From: Rhizobium sp. Q54
GTDB lineage: Bacteria > Pseudomonadota > Alphaproteobacteria > Reyranellales > Reyranellaceae
Direction: 5' to 3'
NCBI GenBank assembly: GCA_945903635.1
Contig: CAMDOT010000041.1
Location: 1 to 32,000 of the forward strand
DNA length: 32,000 bases
A program made the position numbers and the translations under genes. This document shows, one piece after another, positions 25,081 to 32,000 of the stretch. Numbering within the stretch: the stretch's first letter is position 1; each line of letters begins with the position of its first letter. The notes beneath the pieces are model-generated. The model was not told the origin of the DNA, did no database searches, and was given only the letters and a program-made list of their open reading frames with translations.

Positions 25081-25181
25081 CCGAGTGACTTGGTAACCAT
25101 CCTGCTGTGTCGCCGCGCTTGAAATTCGCGGCGTAGGTAACCAGTTCCGAGCACAGCAACAGCTTCCATCCAGTCACTCGG
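25081..25181 (+). other. ~100-nt element with three nested helices immediately upstream of the RidA-family gene (candidate cis-regulatory RNA or REP/MITE-like hairpin)
   Basis: P1: CCGAGTGACTtGG (25081-25093) pairs with CCAGTCACTCGG (25170-25181), 12 bp with one bulge. P2: TGCTGTG (25103-25109) pairs with CACAGCA (25152-25158). P3: CGCCGCG (25111-25117) pairs with CGCGGCG (25127-25133). GGTAACCA occurs twice (25092, 25136). The element ends 17 nt before the ATG, next to TTCCTTGAAGGAA, which contains the AAGGA ribosome-binding site. Confidence 0.4.
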
Positions 25182-25198
25182 TTCCTTGAAGGAATACA

Positions 25199-25600
25199 AT
25201 GTCCAAACGCGATGCGATCTTTCCCGCGAACAACCGTCACGCGCTCTACGACAAGCATCGCTACTCGCCGGCCATCCGTTCCGGCGATCTGCTGTTCGTC
25301 TCCGGCCAGGTCGGTAGCCGCGACGACGGTTCGCCCGAGCCGATTTTCGAGGGCCAGGTCCGCCGCGCTTTCGCCAACCTTAAGGCCATCCTGAAGGCGG
25401 CCGGTTGCACCTTCGACGACGTCGTGGACGTCACGACCTTTCACACCGATCCCGAAGCACAGTTGGAGACGGTGATGGCCGCGCGCACGGCGGAGATTGG
25501 CGATCCCCCTTACCCGAATTGGACCGCCGTGGGCGTAACCTGGCTTGCCGGTTTCGATTTCGAGATCAAGGTCATCGCGCGCATCCCGGCTGCCGGATAA
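25199..25600 (+). CDS. RidA/YjgF/TdcF-family (endoribonuclease L-PSP fold) protein
   Basis: 133 aa. YSPAIRSGDLLFVSGQVG..., FEGQVRRAFANLKAILKAAGCTFDDVVDVTTFH and the C-terminal ...FEIKVIARI are the typical RidA-family pattern. Confidence 0.85.
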   Translation: MSKRDAIFPANNRHALYDKHRYSPAIRSGDLLFVSGQVGSRDDGSPEPIFEGQVRRAFANLKAILKAAGCTFDDVVDVTTFHTDPEAQLETVMAARTAEIGDPPYPNWTAVGVTWLAGFDFEIKVIARIPAAG

Positions 25601-25629
25601 AGGGCAAACCTTCTGCGCCGGGCCTCTTG

Positions 25630-25755
25630 CTAGCGCCCCGGCTGTTGCCGCGTGCGCTCCGGCGCCACAAACATATAACCGCTTGGAGTCCCGCACGCGG
25701 CATAGCGCGAGCAGATATGGCAGTCGCCGCAATCCTGCAGAATCGCGGTATTCAT
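25630..25755 (-). CDS. Candidate small Cys-rich ORF (41 aa, C-x2-C-x2-C-x5-C); below the ORF-track length cut-off
   Basis: Hand translation of the minus strand gives ATG 25755 ... TAG 25630-25632: MNTAILQDCGDCHICSRYAACGTPSGYMFVAPERTRQQPGR. It lies 76 nt downstream of, and co-oriented with, the PAS-REC gene. Third-position GC is moderate (about 70%) and there is no clear Shine-Dalgarno sequence, so support is weak. Confidence 0.2.
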   Translation of the reverse strand: MNTAILQDCGDCHICSRYAACGTPSGYMFVAPERTRQQPGR

Positions 25756-25831
25756 GCAGCGCTCACAGCCGCCTGCTCGAAGGGAGGCGATAAGGGGCGC
25801 TACCGCGATATCGCGATATCCCGGCGAGCGC

Positions 25832-26653
25832 TCACTGCCTTGTCAGGAGGAGATTGGGGGGCTGGTGGACCTCCTCCGCCAGCACCTTGGTCAACATCTG
25901 CGCGAGGTCCTTCCGGCGATAGGGCTTCACCAGCAAATGGGCGTTCGCGGCGATATTACCCTGGCGCACCAGGGCACCCTCGAAGTAGCCCGACTGGAAC
26001 AGGACCTTGATGTGCGGCCGGATCTGTTTCGCCTTTTCGGCGAGTTCGCCGCCGTCCATGCCGCCGGGCATGACGACATCGGTGAAGAGCACGTCGATGG
26101 CACCGTCGCGTGCCAGGATATCGAGGGCTTCGACGCCGCTCACGGCCGCAAGGACCTCGTAGCCGAGTGCCGTCAGCAAATCGACGGACGTCGCCCGGAC
26201 GTCGGCGTCGTCGTCGACCAGCAGCACCTTCTTGCGCCTGTCGGACCGGACCACACGCAACGGCGCCACGGCGGCACGGGCCGGGGAGTCCAGGGAGCGC
26301 ATCATGGTGCCGAAGGCCAGAAACTGCAGCTCCGGGTCGTAGAGCGGGATCACGACCTCCCACACCTCGAGTTCGGTGCCGTTCCTGTGGAGGCGCCGGC
26401 AAATCTCCTCATGCCGCCCCTCCTTCCGCGCGATGGTGAGCGAAGCGGGCGGCCCGGCCGTGTCGAGTGCGCCTGGGGTAAAAAGACCAGAGAAGGAGCG
26501 CCCGATCGTCTCCGCCTCGCCATACCCCAACAGCGCCTCGGCGCCGGCATTCCAGGTCAGCACCTTGCCATCGAGATCCAGGAGAACGAGCGCACAGTCG
26601 GACAGGCTGTCGACGAGGAGTTGTTTCAGGTGGCCATGATCAGTGCAGTCCAT
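25832..26653 (-). CDS. PAS domain + receiver (REC) protein with no output domain
   Basis: ATG 26653 (MDCTDHGHLKQLLVDSLSDCALVLLDLDGKVLTWNAGAEALLGYGEAETIGRSF...) begins a PAS fold. The C-terminal receiver reads KKVLLVDDDADVR...DVLFTDVVMPGGMDG...VLFQSGY...LVKPY. The track start TTG 26668 adds 5 aa. Confidence 0.85.
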   Translation of the reverse strand: MDCTDHGHLKQLLVDSLSDCALVLLDLDGKVLTWNAGAEALLGYGEAETIGRSFSGLFTPGALDTAGPPASLTIARKEGRHEEICRRLHRNGTELEVWEVVIPLYDPELQFLAFGTMMRSLDSPARAAVAPLRVVRSDRRKKVLLVDDDADVRATSVDLLTALGYEVLAAVSGVEALDILARDGAIDVLFTDVVMPGGMDGGELAEKAKQIRPHIKVLFQSGYFEGALVRQGNIAANAHLLVKPYRRKDLAQMLTKVLAEEVHQPPNLLLTRQ

Positions 26654-26778
26654 GTGTCGATCCCCCAATGGTGCGTTTAGTGAAAACGCGCTCCACCCGC
26701 TAAGGTTGCCGTTCCAGGGAACCTATTGGCTTGTCCGACGTTCAATCTTCCTTAAGGCACTTTCACTGTCAGGAGCGG

Positions 26779-29700
26779 ATGCAGGGCGGCGGGTTCGCAC
26801 GCGGTTGCACGCAGCGGCTGGCCTTCTCGGGAACCCGCATGCCCGCAAGCCTGACCGCCTCTCCCCGCCCCGCCTCTATCAGGGGCCGTTTCGTGGCGAT
26901 GATCGCGGCCTATGCGCTGCTGACCGCCGCCGTGCTGGCCGTCCTGCTGCTGTATCTGCGGGCCGAGGCCATCACGTCCGGACGCAATGTGCTGACCGGC
27001 TTCGCCGAACTCGCCAACGACCAGACCGCCGCCACCCTGGAGAACATCGAGCGGACCCTGAGGGAAGCCCAGGTGATGCTCGCCACCTCGGCCAACGCCG
27101 GACCGGTCGACCTCGACCTCGTCCGGCTGCAGTTCCAGGGCCTCCTCACGGACCGCCCTTTCCTGACGTCGATACAGGTGATGGACCGCCAGGGCCGCAT
27201 CGTTCTCGGGCGGAACGCCCTCGACACCGGACGGGATATCTCGGACCGGGACTATTTCAGCCGGCAACGCGACCAGCCCGGATCGGGATTGCTGTGGGGC
27301 AACCCGATCAAGGCGCGATCGAACGGCGAGTGGCTGATCACGGCCACGTTGCCGCTGCGCCGGGACAACGGCGACTTCGACGGCCTGATCATGGGTACCG
27401 TGCCCTTGGCCTTCTTCGACGACGTCTGGAAGGTCAACGACGAGATCCGCGGCCTGACGATAGCGCTGTGGCGCAACGACGGCGTGCTGCTGATGCGCAG
27501 CCCGTTCGACGAGCGCGCCATCGGCTCGTCGACGGTGGGCACGACGTTGTTCGCGCGACTTCGCACCGGCGACAACAAGGGATGGTTCGAGACCAGAAGC
27601 CTGATCGATGGCCAGCAGCGGCTCATCGTCTATCGCCGCCTCGATGCCCATCCCGCCTTCATCCTGACCTTCACCCAGCCGGTCGACCAGGTGCTCGTGG
27701 CGTGGTGGCGCGCGGTGTGGATCGTCGTCGCCGGCTGGGCCGCGGCCGCGGCGATGGTGGGCGGCCTCGCCTTTTGGCTGGCGCGCGAATGGAATGCGCG
27801 TCGTACCCTGGAAGACCGCTATCGCATCCTGTTCGACGCCAATCCCTCGTCCATGGTCGTGTTCAATCGCGACACGGAGCGCTTTCTCGCGGTCAACAAC
27901 GCGGCGGTGGAGCAATACGGTTGGTCACGGGACGAACTGCTCACGATGAAGATCGACGACCTCTATTTGCCCGAAGATTTGCCGACCATCACGGCCTTGC
28001 GGCGGCAAATCATGCCCGGCGCCGGCCAGCTCTTTGCGGAACTACGCCACCAAAGGAAGGACGGCACGGTCATCGCGGTCGAGACGCACGTGCGCATGAT
28101 CGACTTCGAAGGCAAACCCGCCTTTCTTTCGATGGCGCGAGATGTCACAGCGCGCAAGGCCGCCGAACAGAATTTGGCGCGGATGGAGGGCCAGTACCGC
28201 GGCCTGCTGGAAGCGGCGCCCGACGCCATGGTGGTGGTGAACCAAGCCGGCGAGATCGTGCTTCTGAACGTCCAGGCCGAAAAGCAGTTCGGCTATCGCC
28301 GCGACGAACTGCTCGGGCAACGCGTCACGAATATCATTCCCGAAGGCTTCGCCGAGCGCCTGGTGACCGACGCCACGCGCAGCGCTACCGACGCGCTGGC
28401 CCAGGAGATCGGCACCGGCATCGAACTGTCGGGACGACGCAAGGACGGCACCGATTTCCCCATAGAAATCATGCTGAGCCCGCTCACGAGCGCCGAGGGT
28501 GTTCTCCTGGTGACGGCAGCGATCCGCAACATCAGCGGGCGCAAGGACGCCGAGCAGCATCTGGCGCAGATGGAAGGCCAGTATCGCGGCCTGCTGGAGG
28601 CGGCGCCCGATGCCATGGTGGTGGTCAACCAGGCGGGCAAGATTGTCCTCGTCAACGTCCAGGCCGAGAAGCAGTTCGGCTACCGCCGCGACGAACTCCT
28701 GGGCCAGCGCGTCACCAGTATCATCCCGGAGGGCTTCGCCGAGCGTCTGGTGACCGATGCCACGCGTAGCGAGACCGACGCGCTGGCCCAGGAGATCGGC
28801 ACCGGCATCGAACTGTCGGGCCGCCGCAAGGACGGCACCGGGTTCCCGATCGAAATCATGCTGAGCCCCCTGGCCGGCGCCGACGGCATCCTGGTGACGG
28901 CAGCGATCCGCAACATCAGCGTACGCAAGGCCGCGGAGGAGCAATTCCGCCAATCGCAGAAGATGGAGGCCGTCGGCCAGCTGACCGGCGGCATCGCGCA
29001 TGATTTCAACAATATCCTGTTCGTGATCCTGGCCAACACCGACGCGCTGCTGGAGGATGAAACCTTCTCGCCCAGCGTGACCGACCGTCTCGGCCAGATC
29101 GACAAGGCCGTGCAGCGCGCGGCCGATCTGACTCGCCAATTGCTGGCTTTTTCGCGCAAGCAGCCGCTGCGCCCGCAACAGAGCGACCTCAACGACATCG
29201 TGACCGACACCGGCAACCTGCTGCGTCGCTCGTTGGGCGCACAGATCGAGATCGACGCCGTTCTCGCCGACGATCTGTGCGGAGTGAGCGTCGACCGCTC
29301 CCAGTTTGAAACGGCACTGGTCAACCTCTGCATCAACGCGCGCGACGCGATGGCCCACGGCGGCCGGCTGCTGATCGAGACGCAAAACGTCGTGCTCGAT
29401 GATGAGTACTGCATCTTCAACGCAGGCGCCGTGCCGGGCGCCTATGCGATGCTGTCCGTCACCGATGAAGGCGCGGGGATTCCCTCGGCCGACCTCAACA
29501 GGGTCTTCGAGCCGTTCTTCACGACCAAGGAAGTGGGCAAGGGAACCGGGCTCGGCCTGAGCATGGTCTATGGATTCATCAAGCAGTCCAATGGCCACGT
29601 CAGCATCTATAGCGAGCTTGGCCACGGCACGACGGTCAAGCTCTTCCTGCCACGAAGCGACGGCGTGATGGCAGAGACAGTCATCCAGGACAAACGCCCC

Positions 29701-30117
29701 ATCCCGGGCGGATCCGAACGAATCCTGGTCGTCGAGGACGAACCCCAGGTCCGGGCCAATGTCGTCCGGCAGTTACGAAGCCTCGGCTATTGGGTCGCCG
29801 AGGCGCCCGACGGTTCGGCCGGCGTCGCGGCCTTCGAAGCAGCATTGCTGCCCTACGACCTGTTGCTCAGCGATGTCGTCATGCCCGGCCCTCTGAGCGG
29901 CAAACTGCTGGCAGCCGAGGTAGCCCGACGCTGGCCAGTGACGAAAATTGTCTTCATGTCGGGCTTCACCGAAATTTCCAGCGTGCGCCACGAACGGCTT
30001 GACGAGGGCGCCCTCCTGCTCAGCAAGCCGTTCCGCAAGATCGATCTTGCCCGGATGATCCGGCTCACTCTCGATACCGCCGGCTCTCCCGCCGGCTTAA
30101 CGTCCAGCAACGCCTGA
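26779..30117 (+). CDS. Hybrid sensor histidine kinase: TM, periplasmic Cache-like domain, TM, three PAS domains, HisKA, HATPase, receiver
   Basis: Track ORF 26731..30117 has a TTG start. I prefer ATG 26779, which follows AGGAG; ATG 26839 is also possible. The periplasmic part contains the [12 protein letters not shown] Cache-type motif between the hydrophobic segments [20 protein letters not shown] and [23 protein letters not shown]. There are three PAS modules. H-box: [15 protein letters not shown]. ATPase: DEGAGIP...[13 protein letters not shown]. Receiver: [11 protein letters not shown]...[10 protein letters not shown]...SKPF. Confidence 0.9.
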   Translation: MQGGGFARGCTQRLAFSGTRMPASLTASPRPASIRGRFVAMIAAYALLTAAVLAVLLLYLRAEAITSGRNVLTGFAELANDQTAATLENIERTLREAQVMLATSANAGPVDLDLVRLQFQGLLTDRPFLTSIQVMDRQGRIVLGRNALDTGRDISDRDYFSRQRDQPGSGLLWGNPIKARSNGEWLITATLPLRRDNGDFDGLIMGTVPLAFFDDVWKVNDEIRGLTIALWRNDGVLLMRSPFDERAIGSSTVGTTLFARLRTGDNKGWFETRSLIDGQQRLIVYRRLDAHPAFILTFTQPVDQVLVAWWRAVWIVVAGWAAAAAMVGGLAFWLAREWNARRTLEDRYRILFDANPSSMVVFNRDTERFLAVNNAAVEQYGWSRDELLTMKIDDLYLPEDLPTITALRRQIMPGAGQLFAELRHQRKDGTVIAVETHVRMIDFEGKPAFLSMARDVTARKAAEQNLARMEGQYRGLLEAAPDAMVVVNQAGEIVLLNVQAEKQFGYRRDELLGQRVTNIIPEGFAERLVTDATRSATDALAQEIGTGIELSGRRKDGTDFPIEIMLSPLTSAEGVLLVTAAIRNISGRKDAEQHLAQMEGQYRGLLEAAPDAMVVVNQAGKIVLVNVQAEKQFGYRRDELLGQRVTSIIPEGFAERLVTDATRSETDALAQEIGTGIELSGRRKDGTGFPIEIMLSPLAGADGILVTAAIRNISVRKAAEEQFRQSQKMEAVGQLTGGIAHDFNNILFVILANTDALLEDETFSPSVTDRLGQIDKAVQRAADLTRQLLAFSRKQPLRPQQSDLNDIVTDTGNLLRRSLGAQIEIDAVLADDLCGVSVDRSQFETALVNLCINARDAMAHGGRLLIETQNVVLDDEYCIFNAGAVPGAYAMLSVTDEGAGIPSADLNRVFEPFFTTKEVGKGTGLGLSMVYGFIKQSNGHVSIYSELGHGTTVKLFLPRSDGVMAETVIQDKRPIPGGSERILVVEDEPQVRANVVRQLRSLGYWVAEAPDGSAGVAAFEAALLPYDLLLSDVVMPGPLSGKLLAAEVARRWPVTKIVFMSGFTEISSVRHERLDEGALLLSKPFRKIDLARMIRLTLDTAGSPAGLTSSNA
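28183..28953 (+). repeat. Intragenic tandem duplication of a complete PAS module (period 387 bp / 129 codons) inside the hybrid kinase
   Basis: Unit 1 (28183-28569) and unit 2 (28570-28953) both begin [23 protein letters not shown]. They stay colinear to ...[12 protein letters not shown], with about 16 amino-acid differences and one codion indel by my count. Many further nucleotide differences are silent third-position changes. Confidence 0.9.
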
Positions 30118-31749
30118 CGCGCCACGGATCGTGTCGATCAATTCCAAGGGATTGTCAGGCAGTGCGTCTGAACGCCAGGCGACGTGCTGGTCGGGGCGGG
30201 AAAGCACGAGTTTCTCGCGGTAGGGCGGCTGCGGGGCGAGGTCGAGCACCGAGAGAGGCACGCCACGCCGGGCGGCGGCTTCGACGAGGCCCGTCACCTC
30301 GGCCGCCCGGTCGAAGCGCAGCAGCGTGAAGCCCGCGCCCATCGCGTCGTAGAGCGAGCGGCCGTCTTCCAACCAGAGATGCGGCGTGCGGCAGCCCGGC
30401 ACGGTCGAGGGCGTGAACCGGTCCATCGTGTAATCAGGCGCCGGCTCGCCGTCGTAGGCCACGATCGGCGAGCGGTCGTAGAACGAGCCGAAGTTGAGGC
30501 CGCCGCAGCAGAATTGCGGCGTGTGCATCTCCAGGAGCTGGCGGCCGAGCGCGGCGCGCACGGCATCGCCCGCAGCGCCTGGCGCCTCGATGTCGGCTGG
30601 CACTTCCGCGCGGGCGCGGGCGAGCGCCAGCGCGGTGCCCATGGCGTATTTCGACACCTGCTCGGTGATCGGCCAGCGCTCGGCCTCGTGCGCCGCCAGG
30701 ATCGCGGGAGCGGCCCAGCCGGCGATTACGCCCGCCAGCATCCAGGCGAGATTGGTCGCGTCGGCGATGCCGGCGTTCATGCCGTAGCCGGCGAAGGGCG
30801 CCCAGATATGGGCGGCGTCGCCGCAGACGAAGGCGCGGCGGTCGCGGAAGCGGTCGGCCAGCAGGCGGCGGCCGATCCAGTTCTCGCGGCTGATGAGTTC
30901 GTAATCGAACGAGCCGTCGACGCCTAGGATGTGGCGCAGGCAGGCGTCGCCGTCGATGGCGTCGAAGTCGGCTTCGTCGGGCCGCAGATAATTGTGCACC
31001 AGCCAGGTCTCGCGCCCGTCGACGGCGAACATGTTGGCGCTGCGGCGCGGGTTCATGACCTGCGTCGACCAGGCGGGCTCGGCCTGCATCCGCGCGGCCA
31101 GGCCCGGGGCGCGGATGTAGCTCGACTGGGTGCGGCCGATCACGGCGTCGCCGGTCATGCGCGCGCCGATCTGATGGCGCACCATCGAGGAGGCGCCATC
31201 GCAACCCACCAGGTAGGCGCACTCGATCAGGCGCTTGGTGCCGTCTGCGAGATTTTCCGACTCGGCGGTGATGCCTGAGTCATCCTGGGTGAAACCCAGC
31301 ACGCGCGTCAGATTGAGGAAGCGCACGCGGGGACGCGCCGCCGCCTCGGCCGCCAACAAGGGATCGAGGTAGATCTGGTTGATGCGATGCGGCGGCTCGG
31401 GCGTCGGCCACCCGCCATCAGGGCCAGTCTGGTCGGTGTAGCGATCGCGCCGGCAGGGAATGTGGATGCGGGCGAACTCGGTGCCCACCGCGGTGGTGCG
31501 GAAAGCGACGTCGTTGGCGTGATCGGCCGGCAGGCCGGTGTTGCGCACGCGCTCGACGATGCCGAGGCGGCGGAAGATCTCCATGGTGCGCGCGGCGACA
31601 TGGTTGCATTTGACGCCCGGCAGATGGCCCGCCGGGTTCTGCTCGGCCACGATCACGTCGATGCCGCGCGACGCCAGGTCGAGCGCCAGGGTCGAGCCGA
31701 CCGGCCCGCCGCCGACGATCAGCACCGACGTCCTGAGGGGTGGCGTCAT
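30097..31749 (-). CDS. FAD-dependent aromatic-ring monooxygenase (PheA/TfdB-type, with C-terminal thioredoxin-like dimerisation domain)
   Basis: 550 aa. The N-terminal dinucleotide fold is VLIVGGGPVGSTLALDLASRG, followed by CDGASSMVRHQIG (DG motif) and FVCGDAAHIWAPFAGYGMNAGIADATNLAWML (GD motif). A long C-terminal domain ends ...VLSRPDQHVAWR. Confidence 0.88.
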   Translation of the reverse strand: MTPPLRTSVLIVGGGPVGSTLALDLASRGIDVIVAEQNPAGHLPGVKCNHVAARTMEIFRRLGIVERVRNTGLPADHANDVAFRTTAVGTEFARIHIPCRRDRYTDQTGPDGGWPTPEPPHRINQIYLDPLLAAEAAARPRVRFLNLTRVLGFTQDDSGITAESENLADGTKRLIECAYLVGCDGASSMVRHQIGARMTGDAVIGRTQSSYIRAPGLAARMQAEPAWSTQVMNPRRSANMFAVDGRETWLVHNYLRPDEADFDAIDGDACLRHILGVDGSFDYELISRENWIGRRLLADRFRDRRAFVCGDAAHIWAPFAGYGMNAGIADATNLAWMLAGVIAGWAAPAILAAHEAERWPITEQVSKYAMGTALALARARAEVPADIEAPGAAGDAVRAALGRQLLEMHTPQFCCGGLNFGSFYDRSPIVAYDGEPAPDYTMDRFTPSTVPGCRTPHLWLEDGRSLYDAMGAGFTLLRFDRAAEVTGLVEAAARRGVPLSVLDLAPQPPYREKLVLSRPDQHVAWRSDALPDNPLELIDTIRGASGVAGR

Positions 31750-31755
31750 CCGCGG

Positions 31756-32000
31756 CTAGCGATCGAAGGCCTGTGACAGGGCACGACGCGCGGCACGCGC
31801 ACCCTCGCCCGCTACGTCGGCTGCTGCACGCTGCCAGTGCGAGGGATTGGGCGCCTCGTAGCTGAGGTAGCCCGTATAATTCTTGGCGGCGAGCAGCTGG
31901 AACAACTCGGTCCAGCGCACGACGCCCTGCCCGGGTGGCAGGCGATCGACGGGCGGCGGCCCGTTGGGCGGCGCGTTCGGCACGTCGCTGAACTGGACAT
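31756..32000 (-). CDS. Sugar phosphate isomerase/epimerase (xylose-isomerase-like TIM barrel) protein, C-terminal part; 5' end beyond the window
   Basis: The frame stays open to the window edge (..VQFSDVPNAPPNG...RLPPGQGVVRWTELFQLLAAKNYTGYLSYEAPNP..W). The pattern P.G.G.v.w.e....L....Y.G.ls.E is typical of the family's C-terminus. The stop lies 6 nt before the monooxygenase start, which suggests an operon. Confidence 0.6.
   Translation of the reverse strand, partial: VQFSDVPNAPPNGPPPVDRLPPGQGVVRWTELFQLLAAKNYTGYLSYEAPNPSHWQRAAADVAGEGARAARRALSQAFDR

Noticed and set aside
28183-28953. FixL-like heme-binding PAS interpretation of the duplicated PAS modules
   Set aside because: The RRKDGT.FP segment resembles FixL. 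However, the region that should supply the proximal histidine ([17 protein letters not shown]) contains no His, so heme ligation of the FixL type is not supported.

Overview
High-GC (roughly two-thirds G+C by eye) chromosomal window of alphaproteobacterial character: Bug/TctC-family binding proteins, an alpha-type ppa, and many long antisense shadow ORFs. I recognised no rRNA, tRNA, CRISPR, transposase or integrase genes. About 30 protein-coding genes are supported. Left third (1-8.7 kb) looks like a decaying accessory region. It holds the end of a BNR/sialidase-like gene, an internally deleted DHDPS/NanA-family remnant, two tandem Bug paralogues and an amidohydrolase-2 enzyme. It also holds a 5'-truncated LLM-monooxygenase fragment and an AT-richer scar with a phased TTCCCTG heptamer array. 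It ends in a compact cluster of two divergent UbiD-family (prFMN) decarboxylases bracketing a FUSC/ArAE-type exporter-like gene, plus an SRPBCC protein. Middle (8.8-15.4 kb): ppa; a 612-bp structured intergenic region with two tandem minus-strand terminators (candidate sRNA) and a TGTCACA motif cluster; an MHS-type MFS transporter with an extra ~105-aa loop domain; small membrane and lipoprotein genes; and a DUF4212 + VC_2705-type sodium:solute symporter operon. Region 15.4-22.5 kb is the most interesting block. Divergent from the symporter lies an operon of a 202-aa unknown protein, a DEDDh exonuclease, a CBS/DUF294 nucleotidyltransferase and a LuxR-type response regulator. It converges, with an 11-bp overlap, on a 1147-aa hybrid histidine kinase whose sensor is a solute:sodium-symporter domain (CrbS/CrbR or MxtR/ErdR-type acetate-switch architecture). 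Right (22.5-32 kb): ettA, a K-channel-like protein with a degenerate filter, and RidA. Then a PAS-REC protein divergent from a Cache-PAS-PAS-PAS-HK-REC hybrid kinase with a tandemly duplicated PAS module, an FAD aromatic-ring monooxygenase, and the end of a sugar-phosphate isomerase/epimerase-like gene. All family assignments come from reading the translations and recalling family motifs; no database search was run.
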